Source: a virus (taxonomy: Duplodnaviria; Caudoviricetes). From it: a DNA stretch of 40,297 nucleotides. Within the stretch, counting starts at the first letter, position 1; each line of letters opens with the position of its first letter. Below the pieces are notes generated by a model. That model was not told where the DNA came from. It did no database searches and saw only the letters and a list, made by a program, of their open reading frames with translations. The stretch lies in IMG/VR virus record IMGVR_UViG_3300031949_000094, positions 1 to 40,297 of that record; one strand, written 5' to 3'. Both the position numbers and the translations under genes were made by a program. This document shows, in pieces, positions 9,488-18,341 of the stretch.

Positions 9488-10300
9488 TTATACCGCCTGC
9501 TCGTACCACACACAGATCACATGACCGCTGGTCGGGGCAGATGGCGCTGTTACCTTATCGGTCGCCAGCGTATAGGTTGCCGTCACGTCCAGGCCGTTAT
9601 CGAACACGGTGATCTTAGCCGTACTGTATGCCTGATGGGTCGCCGTGAAGGTGAATTCTGTCGCCGTGCCGTTGCCAAGCCACGACGCCAGCCACGGTTT
9701 GTACTCGCTGTGAAATTCGATGAAGCCGTGTTCCGTTGCACCGTTGAGTACAGCGGTTAACGCCGTGCCCCACAGTTGAGATGATACTGGGTTGACGGCG
9801 ATTGCGAACGGGATGCTCGTTTGTGTGGCCGTCATTCCTACCGGCTTCGGGATGCACCGCGCCGATGGGATGATGATCGAGCGCCAGTTGCGCGCCTTAA
9901 CGGTGTTGTTGAGCGATTGCTGGTAGAGAAATAGCCCGATGCTCGGCTCAGCGCCTTGCTCGTCTGTAAACCAACTCATACTATCCATCTCGCCAATGTC
10001 ATTGACGAGCACACCGGTTAACAGTGCCATGAGATCGAGATCGTATAGTGAGGCCGTCAGCGTCCCCGTTACGGCGTCCAGTGTGGGCAGGTAGTCCACA
10101 GCGGCTACTCGATCGTCACCGGGATGCACGATGGGGCGCATATCGGGGATGGTCAGATCAAGCGTGTCGGCGCTCTTGAACTGTACCCCCTCATATGGGA
10201 CAGTGGGACTTGTCGCGTTTGGGTAGCCCGCGCTGTTCAACTCAAACGCCGCCCCGTAGCGCAGCCCGATCGGATATTGCTTGCCTGTTGCTTGTGTCAT
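9488..10300 (-). CDS. Major tail (tube) protein (270 aa)
   Basis: Position after the tail terminator and before the chaperones; RBS AGGAG; Thr-rich beta C-terminal appendage (GNGTATEFTFT). Confidence 0.75.
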   Translation of the reverse strand: MTQATGKQYPIGLRYGAAFELNSAGYPNATSPTVPYEGVQFKSADTLDLTIPDMRPIVHPGDDRVAAVDYLPTLDAVTGTLTASLYDLDLMALLTGVLVNDIGEMDSMSWFTDEQGAEPSIGLFLYQQSLNNTVKARNWRSIIIPSARCIPKPVGMTATQTSIPFAIAVNPVSSQLWGTALTAVLNGATEHGFIEFHSEYKPWLASWLGNGTATEFTFTATHQAYSTAKITVFDNGLDVTATYTLATDKVTAPSAPTSGHVICVWYEQAV

Positions 10301-10312
10301 TGTCTCATTCTC

Positions 10313-10777
10313 CTATTCGTTTGCCGCGTAGGTTCGGCTTAGATGCTCGCGTACACTGACTACCATTTCAAAGCCGACATACTCAGAGTTTGGCGTGTCG
10401 GCAATTGTTACCGATCCGGTATCACTGATCACCTCGGATGTGTATACCCCGTCCGTGCCGAGGCGCGGATAACTCGCCAACTTATCGCGCAGCGCCACGA
10501 TCAACGCTCTGATCTGTGACTCGCGTGTCTCACGGGTCGCCTGCTCTACCGTTTCAACAGCACACTGTACGCGATACTGGCGCGTCTCTATGCCGTAATC
10601 GCTGCCCCATTCTTGCGCGCCGTCGCCCGTGAGCACGTAGGCGCATGGTAATTTGGCCGTGCTGATTTGGGCCGGCGGCGGATCGATGCCGTTGATCGTC
10701 AATACCACCGATGACACCGTTACCGATGTGCCATTACAGATCGAGGCAATCGCCGCCGCTATCGTATTGATCGTCAT
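10313..10777 (-). CDS. Putative tail terminator / tail completion protein (154 aa)
   Basis: Size, position and LPCAYV motif typical of tail terminators. Confidence 0.55.
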   Translation of the reverse strand: MTINTIAAAIASICNGTSVTVSSVVLTINGIDPPPAQISTAKLPCAYVLTGDGAQEWGSDYGIETRQYRVQCAVETVEQATRETRESQIRALIVALRDKLASYPRLGTDGVYTSEVISDTGSVTIADTPNSEYVGFEMVVSVREHLSRTYAANE

Positions 10778-11583
10778 GGCGTAGACCTCACCGGAAACGG
10801 TAATAGCGCCGTGATGTCAGCGGGTATCTCTGTGCCATAGTCCGATCGGTTATTCTTCTGGTTGTAGCGCCAATGGGCATAGGCCATGATCGCGCCTACA
10901 ACGTTACGCGCCGGGCTGAATACATAGATCGGCTTGTCTTTCGCGTGAGTGGCGGCTGTACTCCCCCGTGCCCCACGCTTGACGGTTAGCGTGTCTGTCG
11001 TGCTATTCGTTGCAGCAGTAACTTCCATCCATTCCGATTCAACTTTGATCAACATGCCCGCCGAGAAGCGCGGCGAATCAGTATCGACATTTGCGCCGTC
11101 TACATTCGTCACGGTGACAGTCGTCACGCTGGCGTTGATGCCCGCTGCATCTTCCACTTCGTCAAGGCTATCAATCCAAGCGTGAGGCCAATCGTCGTGA
11201 TAACCCCACGCAGCATTGACGCTGATTGAGTTTTCCGGCGTGGTTTCGTAGTTCCATACCGATGACGCGCCCACCTCAAAGCCGATACCGAACTTTGGAT
11301 ACGTGCGGCGCGGCTCGTAATACAGATCGGTCAGTGTCACCGCTACGCCGTCGCCATTGGTGATGCTCACCACTTCTAGCAAGTCATCATCAAAGTACAG
11401 TGTGTTGTTGCCGGGATAATCAAAGGTACGCGCTTCGATGATCGGCTTCATCGCCCGCTTGGCTTTTTCCTCTGCCCATTGCTCGCCGTCGATAATCAGG
11501 CGCGTGAGAAGCGCATCGTCGGTCGTGAATGTGGACGCGATGCCACAATAGCGTTTGAGTTGCGTCAGCGTGACAAGATTCAT
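10774..11583 (-). CDS. Head-tail adaptor (gp6/gp15-like) with inserted beta domain (269 aa)
   Basis: N-terminus MNLVTLTQLKRYCGI...DDALLTRLI; AWGY; C-terminus HWRYNQK...IPADITALL; insert TLTVKRGARGSTAATHAKD. Confidence 0.75.
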   Translation of the reverse strand: MNLVTLTQLKRYCGIASTFTTDDALLTRLIIDGEQWAEEKAKRAMKPIIEARTFDYPGNNTLYFDDDLLEVVSITNGDGVAVTLTDLYYEPRRTYPKFGIGFEVGASSVWNYETTPENSISVNAAWGYHDDWPHAWIDSLDEVEDAAGINASVTTVTVTNVDGANVDTDSPRFSAGMLIKVESEWMEVTAATNSTTDTLTVKRGARGSTAATHAKDKPIYVFSPARNVVGAIMAYAHWRYNQKNNRSDYGTEIPADITALLPFPVRSTP

Positions 11584-12377
11584 GCGCTGCCCTCCGCATA
11601 GGTCGCCAAGCCTAATGCCACGAATGACGCGGCATGCTCAAAGTCGATTGCCCGTTGCTCGCTAACCTTCATCACGATCGCTTCTTCCTCGTAAGTCCAA
11701 AACGCCAATGGCCGCAGCGCGATTATCTCGCGGGTAGCAAGCGGCTCGTGCGCGCCAAATTCGGCATAGCCTGTCGAAGTAGGCCATACTGTCGTGGTAT
11801 CAGGTCGCGTATGTCCACACAAGACCGTTGTGTCGCACATCTGACTCAGGCCCAGGTGTAGCGCATCCCGCGCCAACTGCGAATCTCCGTCATGGCCGCT
11901 GTCACTGTGCAACGACAACACGTCGAACACTGACCGCTTGATCAGCGTACAGCCGAAGCCTAGCCCGCCGCACGGGATGATCTGCCCGTAAAGCGCCTGC
12001 CATTCCTTCAAATTACCCGGCAGACCGTAGGACTCCATCAGATCGCCAGGTTTCGAGATGTTGATCAGCGGCGCTCCCTTGCGAAAACAGTAGACACCGT
12101 ACACAATATCCGCATCCACTGCAATCATTTTTTCAAGCGCATCGGGCGGTACAATGATGTCATCCTCGACCGTCAACAGGTAGTCGTAGTCCTCAGCCTT
12201 GACGATGCGCTCTGCCTTGCGATAGTTGTGTATGATGTTCTGCCCATTCAATTCACCGTGCGGGTTATCATGCGTAAACATTCGATCGAGCGTCCCGTCG
12301 AAGCGCAGGCCGTTAATCGCGTCGAATGTGGCATGATTGAGTTTCACGGTAGGGCAAAATAACAGCACACGACTCAC
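11580..12377 (-). CDS. GT-A fold (GT2-like) glycosyltransferase with C-terminal extension
   Basis: YDYLLTVEDDIIVPPDAL (DxD-type), GLGFGCTLIKRSVFD, CDTTVLCGH; paralogue of 12880..13626. Confidence 0.8.
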   Translation of the reverse strand: MSRVLLFCPTVKLNHATFDAINGLRFDGTLDRMFTHDNPHGELNGQNIIHNYRKAERIVKAEDYDYLLTVEDDIIVPPDALEKMIAVDADIVYGVYCFRKGAPLINISKPGDLMESYGLPGNLKEWQALYGQIIPCGGLGFGCTLIKRSVFDVLSLHSDSGHDGDSQLARDALHLGLSQMCDTTVLCGHTRPDTTTVWPTSTGYAEFGAHEPLATREIIALRPLAFWTYEEEAIVMKVSEQRAIDFEHAASFVALGLATYAEGSA

Positions 12378-12880
12378 AATCCAACCGCCTCTTGATTGAT
12401 CGCCTTATCCAACTCAGCCCGCATGACGTTAGCAGCACGCTTCTGGGTGCGCTTGGCGATTTCATCTGTGAAAGACCGCGCCTTCGTGCCGGGGTGATGA
12501 ACTTCAATCTTGCGCGCCCAATTGCCGCCAACACTGGCGTTAGTCGAACTGATGACACGTACCTTTGTAGCCGCCTTATACGGCCAGCCAAATACCAAAA
12601 ATGGCGCATTCTTGGCGCGGATGACATGCGGCTTCGTGCCGAAATCGACCCAAGCGTATATCTGCGAATCAGTCATGATCTGTACGCCGTGGGCCGTGCG
12701 CTTCCAGTAAAATTTAGGATGCTCTTTTTTCCATGTGCGCGTGGTCTTGTAATGCAGCACGATCGCTTCATCAGCCAGAACCTCAAAGCCGCGCTCTACC
12801 GCTTGCGGCATGGCCCTAGCGATGCGCTTGTAGCGTGCTGAGACTTTCGATAGATTACCCGTGATGATTGCTTTTGACAT
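12374..12880 (-). CDS. Neck protein, HK97 gp10-like
   Basis: Basic protein with YAWVDFGTKPHVIRAK...LVF...VHHPGTKARSF signature. Confidence 0.8.
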   Translation of the reverse strand: MSKAIITGNLSKVSARYKRIARAMPQAVERGFEVLADEAIVLHYKTTRTWKKEHPKFYWKRTAHGVQIMTDSQIYAWVDFGTKPHVIRAKNAPFLVFGWPYKAATKVRVISSTNASVGGNWARKIEVHHPGTKARSFTDEIAKRTQKRAANVMRAELDKAINQEAVGL

Positions 12881-13626
12881 CAGTTCGCCTTCATCAGCAT
12901 CGTTTCGCCCATGCCGACGTTGAATTGATCGCCCGGCTGAATCTGCTTCAACGCCACGCCTTCGAGCGTTTCACGCCGGTATAGTTTCGGCGCATCGATG
13001 TCAGGCCACACAATCAGCGGGTAGGGCTTGTAAGTAATATGCCCGCACACCACACCCAGATCACAGCGCTGTGTGAAGCCGTAATCATGGCAATCCAGCG
13101 CAAAAGTCCAGTCGCAGGATGTTTTGTCGGGAGCATCAGCCGACAATCTAAATGGGACGTGCTCCAGCACGGTGCGCTTGATCAATGTGCAGCCAAGCCC
13201 GACGCCTGCCACGTCAATGACACTCCCCCACTTTGCCCGCGCTCTAATTGCATCTTCGCTGATCGATCGCCCGCTTGTTTCTTCCATCGTTTCGTAGGCG
13301 CTCCAAGCGTGTTTGGTGTGTCGAAACACGTACAAACCATAGGCTACATCACTCTTGCACGCTGCCAGCCGCGTCAACGTGTCGGGCGGGATGATCATGT
13401 CTGACTCAACGCACAACAGCGCGTCGTAATCACCCGCCAGCACCAGCGCCCGCGCCTTGTTGTACTGGTGCGTGATGTTAAGGTAGGGCCTGTCAAACGG
13501 GTTATCGTTCGCTGTCAGCCAGCGATCGATCGGATCGCCCCATTGAACCTTTAGAATACTTTCGGCGCACCGTCGCCACAGGCGCGGCGGGTTCGGGTTC
13601 AACGGGCAGAATAGCAATATCTTCAT
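12880..13626 (-). CDS. GT-A fold (GT2-like) glycosyltransferase
   Basis: QYNKARALVLAGDYDALLCVESDMIIPPDTL, GVGLGCTLIKRTVLE, CDWTF, CDLGVVCGH. Confidence 0.8.
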   Translation of the reverse strand: MKILLFCPLNPNPPRLWRRCAESILKVQWGDPIDRWLTANDNPFDRPYLNITHQYNKARALVLAGDYDALLCVESDMIIPPDTLTRLAACKSDVAYGLYVFRHTKHAWSAYETMEETSGRSISEDAIRARAKWGSVIDVAGVGLGCTLIKRTVLEHVPFRLSADAPDKTSCDWTFALDCHDYGFTQRCDLGVVCGHITYKPYPLIVWPDIDAPKLYRRETLEGVALKQIQPGDQFNVGMGETMLMKAN

Positions 13627-14323
13627 CGATCTTCTTCTCCGCTTCTTTGACGGTGACTAGCCAATCCAGCGGGAAGCCCGCTGCCTTGCGCGTCTCATAG
13701 ATCACGCGATCGGTCTCATAGTTTGCCGCCGCGTGTTGATAAGTGCGATCGTTAGACGACTTGCCAAAGGTGTAGTTGAGATGCTCTACCAACGCCCGCC
13801 GCGCCCAGCGGTACACGCCCATCGCCCGCGCGCGGTCGGTCACTTCCCGGTCTGCCCACCAACTCTTATACATCGGCGGATACATCACGCCGCCCAACTC
13901 GTTCTCAATGAAAGCCCGATCGGCCAGCCAGTGCGCGGCGTAGACCTCGCCGTCGCTCGATAGATCATTCAGCCCAATCAAGCCGTGATTACCCAGATGA
14001 TTCATTTCGCGGATCGCGTGGCCTAGCCAATCCTGTTGCGGCATGAGATCATCGGCCCATAGCGCTATAAAGTCGCCTGTAGCGAGTTTTAGCAGTTTAT
14101 TCCACGCATACACCGCGCCGAGTTCGTATTCCGCGGGCGTCCGCACGTCGAGCACAACCGGCAGATCGCGTACCGCGTTTCTGCTGTCGTTGTCATCAGC
14201 CACGATGCTCACGCAAATTTCAAGCGGGCGGGACGTGCTGCTATAGGCCGTATCTAATGCGCTCCGCAGTTGCCGCCCGCGATAGGCGCTAGGCAGTAGC
14301 AGCGATGTTTTCCGCATGTCCAT
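13502..14323 (-). CDS. GT2-like glycosyltransferase (~273 aa)
   Basis: RBS GGGGAGGG before ATG 14323; SLLLPSAYR, WNKLLKLATGDFIALWADD, LGGVMYPPMYKSWWADRE. Confidence 0.8.
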   Translation of the reverse strand: MDMRKTSLLLPSAYRGRQLRSALDTAYSSTSRPLEICVSIVADDNDSRNAVRDLPVVLDVRTPAEYELGAVYAWNKLLKLATGDFIALWADDLMPQQDWLGHAIREMNHLGNHGLIGLNDLSSDGEVYAAHWLADRAFIENELGGVMYPPMYKSWWADREVTDRARAMGVYRWARRALVEHLNYTFGKSSNDRTYQHAAANYETDRVIYETRKAAGFPLDWLVTVKEAEKKIDEDIAILPVEPEPAAPVATVRRKYSKGSMGRSDRSLADSER

Positions 14324-14840
14324 TCGATACCCTCCCCACTTTCGATGCAATCATGTCCAGATGTGCGATGGTGTGCTGTCGCGAGCAGTGATGTACCGCC
14401 GCGATGAAATAGAAATCCGCGCTGTAATCGTCAATGAAATCCTTGACGTGTTCAAGCCATACCTCACGCCGCACTGCAAAACAACTGCACGCAATCCAGC
14501 CGCGCCGCAGGCCCTCGGAAAAATCCGGCATGATCGTTCCTGATACATCCATCTGCACATAGATCACGTCCGGGCTGTCGTGTTCTAACGCGCATTGCTT
14601 AAGCGCCTCGATAAAGCAATCGTTGATCAGATAGTCATCGTCATCCAAGATAAAAACGTATTGCCCGCGCGGCGCTACGTGGTGCAAGTTGAGATATGAC
14701 CAGCCAACGCCGCGCCCGACCGGATCGTGAATGATGATCTGTTCCACGTCGGGATCGGTCTGGTGCGCCACACTCTGCACGCAGCGCACCAGACTTTGAG
14801 GCCGTCGGAACGATCGGGTCAGGATCGTCAGGAATGGCAT
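14289..14840 (-). CDS. GT2 family glycosyltransferase (183 aa)
   Basis: MPFLTILTRSFRRPQSLVRCVQSVAHQT...IIIHD...RGQYVFILDDDD...DFYF. Confidence 0.85.
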   Translation of the reverse strand: MPFLTILTRSFRRPQSLVRCVQSVAHQTDPDVEQIIIHDPVGRGVGWSYLNLHHVAPRGQYVFILDDDDYLINDCFIEALKQCALEHDSPDVIYVQMDVSGTIMPDFSEGLRRGWIACSCFAVRREVWLEHVKDFIDDYSADFYFIAAVHHCSRQHTIAHLDMIASKVGRVSNGHAENIAATA

Positions 14841-14843
14841 AGG

Positions 14844-15284
14844 CTACAGCGCCACGATCTCATCAACGCTAGAGATATCGTAATCGCTCGCCGGGCCGTA
14901 AGTGGGATACATCCCCAACGCCAACATACCCGCGTCACTCGTCGCCGTGCCCACCGTCAGCGTACCGCGAATGTAGCGATAGCCCTCGGTTAGGTCGGCT
15001 TGCTTGACCACGACCACCGCTTGCTTGTCGCTGTCAGTGCCCGCCTCGGTCAACTGCGTGATCGCCGCGCCGGTGATCACCGCCGGGGACGCCATGTTAG
15101 AGGCGGTACTTTGATACACTTGAAAATCAACCGTCGCGCTTGTTCCCAACGCGCCCGCCATGACGACAAACATCACCTGCTCAAACTTGCTCATATCGAT
15201 GATGTCATCGGTAATGTCGGCGGTCGTATACGCATCGGGATCGGTGCACGCTACCACTGCCACTGCCTGATCTGCTCGAATCAT
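14844..15284 (-). CDS. Putative capsid decoration / minor structural protein (146 aa)
   Basis: Immediately after the capsid gene; RBS GAGGTG; acidic beta-rich protein (IDMSKFEQVMFVV...YRYIRGTLTV). Confidence 0.6.
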   Translation of the reverse strand: MIRADQAVAVVACTDPDAYTTADITDDIIDMSKFEQVMFVVMAGALGTSATVDFQVYQSTASNMASPAVITGAAITQLTEAGTDSDKQAVVVVKQADLTEGYRYIRGTLTVGTATSDAGMLALGMYPTYGPASDYDISSVDEIVAL

Positions 15285-15322
15285 GATATCACCTCGTATA
15301 GTTTTTTAGGTTGCATCACGGA

Positions 15323-16615
15323 CTAATCGTCGTGGTAGCAGAACGCCGACACGGTGTAACTGCCTTGCGGATCGGCCAGCGTGATCACGTTCTTGAGCCA
15401 CGGCTGCCCGTCGAAGCGGCTGGTGAATCGCCATGTCCCCTTATCGCTGGTGAAGGCGGCGTGTTCCGAGAAGGCGATACTCAATTCTTCTTTCTCGAAC
15501 AGGCAGTAGCCCTTCAAGTCGGCCAACAGCACATCGTCATAGTCATCCTGCGGCATGTGCTCAGATTCAAACAGCGGATAGCCTAACAGCATATCACCAA
15601 GATTTTGCTGTAGGTTCGCTTGCCACACGCCGCCGCTGCCCGCCGACACCTCGAACTTGCCGATGTCAGGCCACACGCCAGGGTGCATGATCCAGCACGG
15701 TTCGCCGCCCACTTTCTTGAAACGCGCGCGCATCGCCAAGGCATCGGTATAAGCAAAAGCGTTATCCGTCGCAGTCGTCACTGCGATCGCACAAGCCGCA
15801 TTGAGAATGCCTAACGGCTCGCCCGCGCCAGTTCCGCGCAAGATGTGGCGCTCCTTCTTCGACGCGATCGCCACAGCGAACAAGCGCCGCAGCAATACAT
15901 CGATCGCTTGCGGGCTATCCGCGATCAATTCGTTTGAGACTTCGACGTAGCCGCCTTCTTTGTGAATCGTCCATTCCAACTCCACAAACTGCGGCTGCGT
16001 CTCTGCCAGTGCCGCGCCTTCGGCCTTCGGAGTAGACACGACACGCCCCGCCAGCGCCGTGTTACCGCTGCCCGCCGTGGGGGCGAAAAATTGATCGAGC
16101 GCCGGCCATGTCCCGTGATCCGACTTAACCGGGATGCGCGTACAGCGTCCGATGATGGGCGACATCTCGGCTTCGATTTCGAGCAGGGGCGTCAGGTATT
16201 CAGTCGGCACAAGATAGCCGCCCGCCGTGCCGCTGCCCTCGCTCATGTCCTTCGCCGCGTTGTACACCATCCGCAAGCGGCGATCATCTTTCCGCATGAT
16301 CGCCAGCAGAAAATCGGGGAAAGACTTATTACCCCGGTCTTTCGTACCGCCGTCAACGGTGATGTAACCGCTGTTACGCAGCGCCGGTTCATTCTCGAAC
16401 CGCTTCAACGTCGCAGTAAGATCGCTCATGCGGTTGTTGAGTTGTGCGGTCTGCATCCCTTTCAAATCCTCAATCTGCGCTTTCAGATCATCGATGTGAT
16501 CAAGCGTAGCCTGCGCGGCGACGGTATCGCCCTCGCGGAACGCGCCTTCGACTTCGGCGCTCTTGGCGATGATCTGCTTTTTTAGCGCCTCGATTTTCTC
16601 CAAATAGTCTTCCAT
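15323..16615 (-). CDS. Major capsid protein, HK97 fold, with N-terminal coiled-coil (delta) domain
   Basis: GTAGGYLVPTEY, VSNELIADS, ILRGTGAGEPLGILN, WIMHP, LLGYPLFESEHMP, RFDGQP; start ATG 16615 after GAGG. Confidence 0.95.
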   Translation of the reverse strand: MEDYLEKIEALKKQIIAKSAEVEGAFREGDTVAAQATLDHIDDLKAQIEDLKGMQTAQLNNRMSDLTATLKRFENEPALRNSGYITVDGGTKDRGNKSFPDFLLAIMRKDDRRLRMVYNAAKDMSEGSGTAGGYLVPTEYLTPLLEIEAEMSPIIGRCTRIPVKSDHGTWPALDQFFAPTAGSGNTALAGRVVSTPKAEGAALAETQPQFVELEWTIHKEGGYVEVSNELIADSPQAIDVLLRRLFAVAIASKKERHILRGTGAGEPLGILNAACAIAVTTATDNAFAYTDALAMRARFKKVGGEPCWIMHPGVWPDIGKFEVSAGSGGVWQANLQQNLGDMLLGYPLFESEHMPQDDYDDVLLADLKGYCLFEKEELSIAFSEHAAFTSDKGTWRFTSRFDGQPWLKNVITLADPQGSYTVSAFCYHDD

Positions 16616-16623
16616 GTTTTGCC

Positions 16624-17544
16624 TCACTGAGTTTGATAGTTTTTAATCATGCGCTGTGTCTCTTTCCAGCGCCGCTTCAAGGATTCAACTTCCTGATCAG
16701 TGAGTTGGGCGACTGTCGCCACAGTGGGCGCGGGTTCGCTTCGTTTCTCGGCTGTTAGGATCATGGTCAATTGCTCAAGCGCCTCTTTCAGCGCAGCCGG
16801 ATCAACGCGCTCAAGTGCGGCAAGGTCGATACCTTGTGCGGCTTTGATGGTTGATAGCAGTTCATGCAATACAATCGCGGGGGATTTCTTCGCGGCCATT
16901 GAGGCTTCATTCATGCCCCAGTTAACATCCGAGGTGTCCCACAAACGCACCTCACGGAGGTTACGCACCACCGGCTCGCCCTTCGTCGCATCCCCATCGA
17001 AGTTGTACTTCACGGGATCGTAGCCAAACGACATTTCAGACACAGCCCCGCTGATAATGCCCTTTAGTACTTCATCGCCGCGTGGTGTTTCGAGGTATTC
17101 ACGCTTGACGAGCAGGCCGCCCGTCGCCTCTGGGAATCGTGCGCGCAATTCGGCGGGCAGTTCATCCTTGCCGACTTCTTTCAGTTCACGCACCGCCGCG
17201 ATTGGCGGCTGTGTCATGTCGTGCTGCCACAAATGGCGCACTCGTTCGGCCCGTTCCTTGATCGTCTTTTTGAACGCGCCCGCCCAGGTGCGATCGCCGC
17301 CGCTGTCCACGTTGCCAAACACTGCCGCGAAACCAGACACGGTGCGACCGTCCACCTGCTTGATCTGTTGCACAAATGACTTGTATTCCATCGGCAGGCG
17401 TTTCCCCTTGTCCTTGTCCTTGTCGCGCCACATCGTCATACACACGGCGACGGCTTGATCTTGATCATCACCTTCGTCAAGCCGCATCGGTACGCAAGCG
17501 GACATCCAGTCTTGTTCGTTGTCGAAATCACTTATATTTGGCAT
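16624..17544 (-). CDS. HK97-type prohead protease with N- and C-terminal extensions
   Basis: VSGFAAVFGNVDSGGD...GAFKKTI...LWQHD...PI...EMSFGY...LREVRLWDTSDVNWGMN. Confidence 0.92.
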   Translation of the reverse strand: MPNISDFDNEQDWMSACVPMRLDEGDDQDQAVAVCMTMWRDKDKDKGKRLPMEYKSFVQQIKQVDGRTVSGFAAVFGNVDSGGDRTWAGAFKKTIKERAERVRHLWQHDMTQPPIAAVRELKEVGKDELPAELRARFPEATGGLLVKREYLETPRGDEVLKGIISGAVSEMSFGYDPVKYNFDGDATKGEPVVRNLREVRLWDTSDVNWGMNEASMAAKKSPAIVLHELLSTIKAAQGIDLAALERVDPAALKEALEQLTMILTAEKRSEPAPTVATVAQLTDQEVESLKRRWKETQRMIKNYQTQ

Positions 17545-17558
17545 TGTCACCTCACGAC

Positions 17559-17598
17559 AAAAAAGCGGCGCGTCAAGATATGCTCTTGAACGCGCCGC
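17559..17598 (-). terminator. Intrinsic terminator directly upstream of the protease/capsid genes
   Basis: Minus strand GCGGCGCG-T-TCAAGA-gcata-TCTTGA-CGCGCCGC followed by TTTTTT. Confidence 0.7.
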
Positions 17599-17780
17599 CC
17601 GTGGCTTTGCGTGTGCTACGTCTGAAGCCGCGCCGCTTGCGCTTTGCGTGCCTGTTTATCTATATTCCGGGGAGCGTCAGGTCGCTCGTGTACTACGTCA
17701 TCATTCGTTCCGCTATTCTTGTGGTGCAAGTGCGCTGACGAACTATCCGCCTCTACGCCCTCACTGACCCCCCGTTATTT

Positions 17781-17803
17781 AATTATACACCCTAAGTCAA
17801 GTG
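17781..17803 (-). promoter_or_regulatory. Candidate promoter for the capsid operon (TATAAT without a canonically spaced -35)
   Basis: Minus strand CACTTGA-CTTAGGGTG-TATAATT in a ~390-bp intergenic region. Confidence 0.45.
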
Positions 17804-17943
17804 CTATCCCAACCTAAGCAATCGACCGATAGCCGCCCACAATTTTAATCTAAAGCGATAATGCCACGTGGAACAACGTGCATTAGATCGGTGTAGAGCC
17901 GCAATAGTTTCATCGCTGATGATATATCCACCTTCATTCATGA

Positions 17944-18165
17944 TCACACCTCAAACGCGATGATGCTCCCGACTTCCAACGTTTCAGAATTTACCAGCAC
18001 CCACGGAGTTGTATCACCTCGTTTACTCTGATTGCCGATAGTCTCAATCTTGTGGAGGAATGACGCTTTACGCTTCGTCGTGACGAGTGTGACAGATTCG
18101 TCACGACTAACGGAGAATGGCCTTGTCGCTGTGGCGATGGTGTAGGGGGCGCGTTGTTCGCTCAT
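17944..18165 (-). CDS. Hypothetical protein (73 aa)
   Basis: RBS GGAGG; ATGA coupling to the upstream ORF. Confidence 0.65.
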   Translation of the reverse strand: MSEQRAPYTIATATRPFSVSRDESVTLVTTKRKASFLHKIETIGNQSKRGDTTPWVLVNSETLEVGSIIAFEV

Positions 18166-18341
18166 GACGCTTTTGCCTCCGTGTCATGGTAGCACTCTGC
18201 CGCCTCAACATACGCCTGGCACGTCTCGCACCACAGCCGCACGCCATCGATCTTGATAACCAGCCTCTTGCAAGCCTTATGCTTGATCAGGATAGGCGGT
18301 TGCTCCATCTTGTTCGAGTAAGTCGGCGTTTCTTCCTTCAT
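18162..18341 (-). CDS. Small zinc-ribbon protein (59 aa; not in the ORF track)
   Basis: Hand translation MKEETPTYSNKMEQPPILIKHKACKRLVIKIDGVRLWCETCQAYVEAAECYHDTEAKAS; HxxC...CxxC; ATGA overlaps at both ends. Confidence 0.7.
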   Translation of the reverse strand: MKEETPTYSNKMEQPPILIKHKACKRLVIKIDGVRLWCETCQAYVEAAECYHDTEAKAS

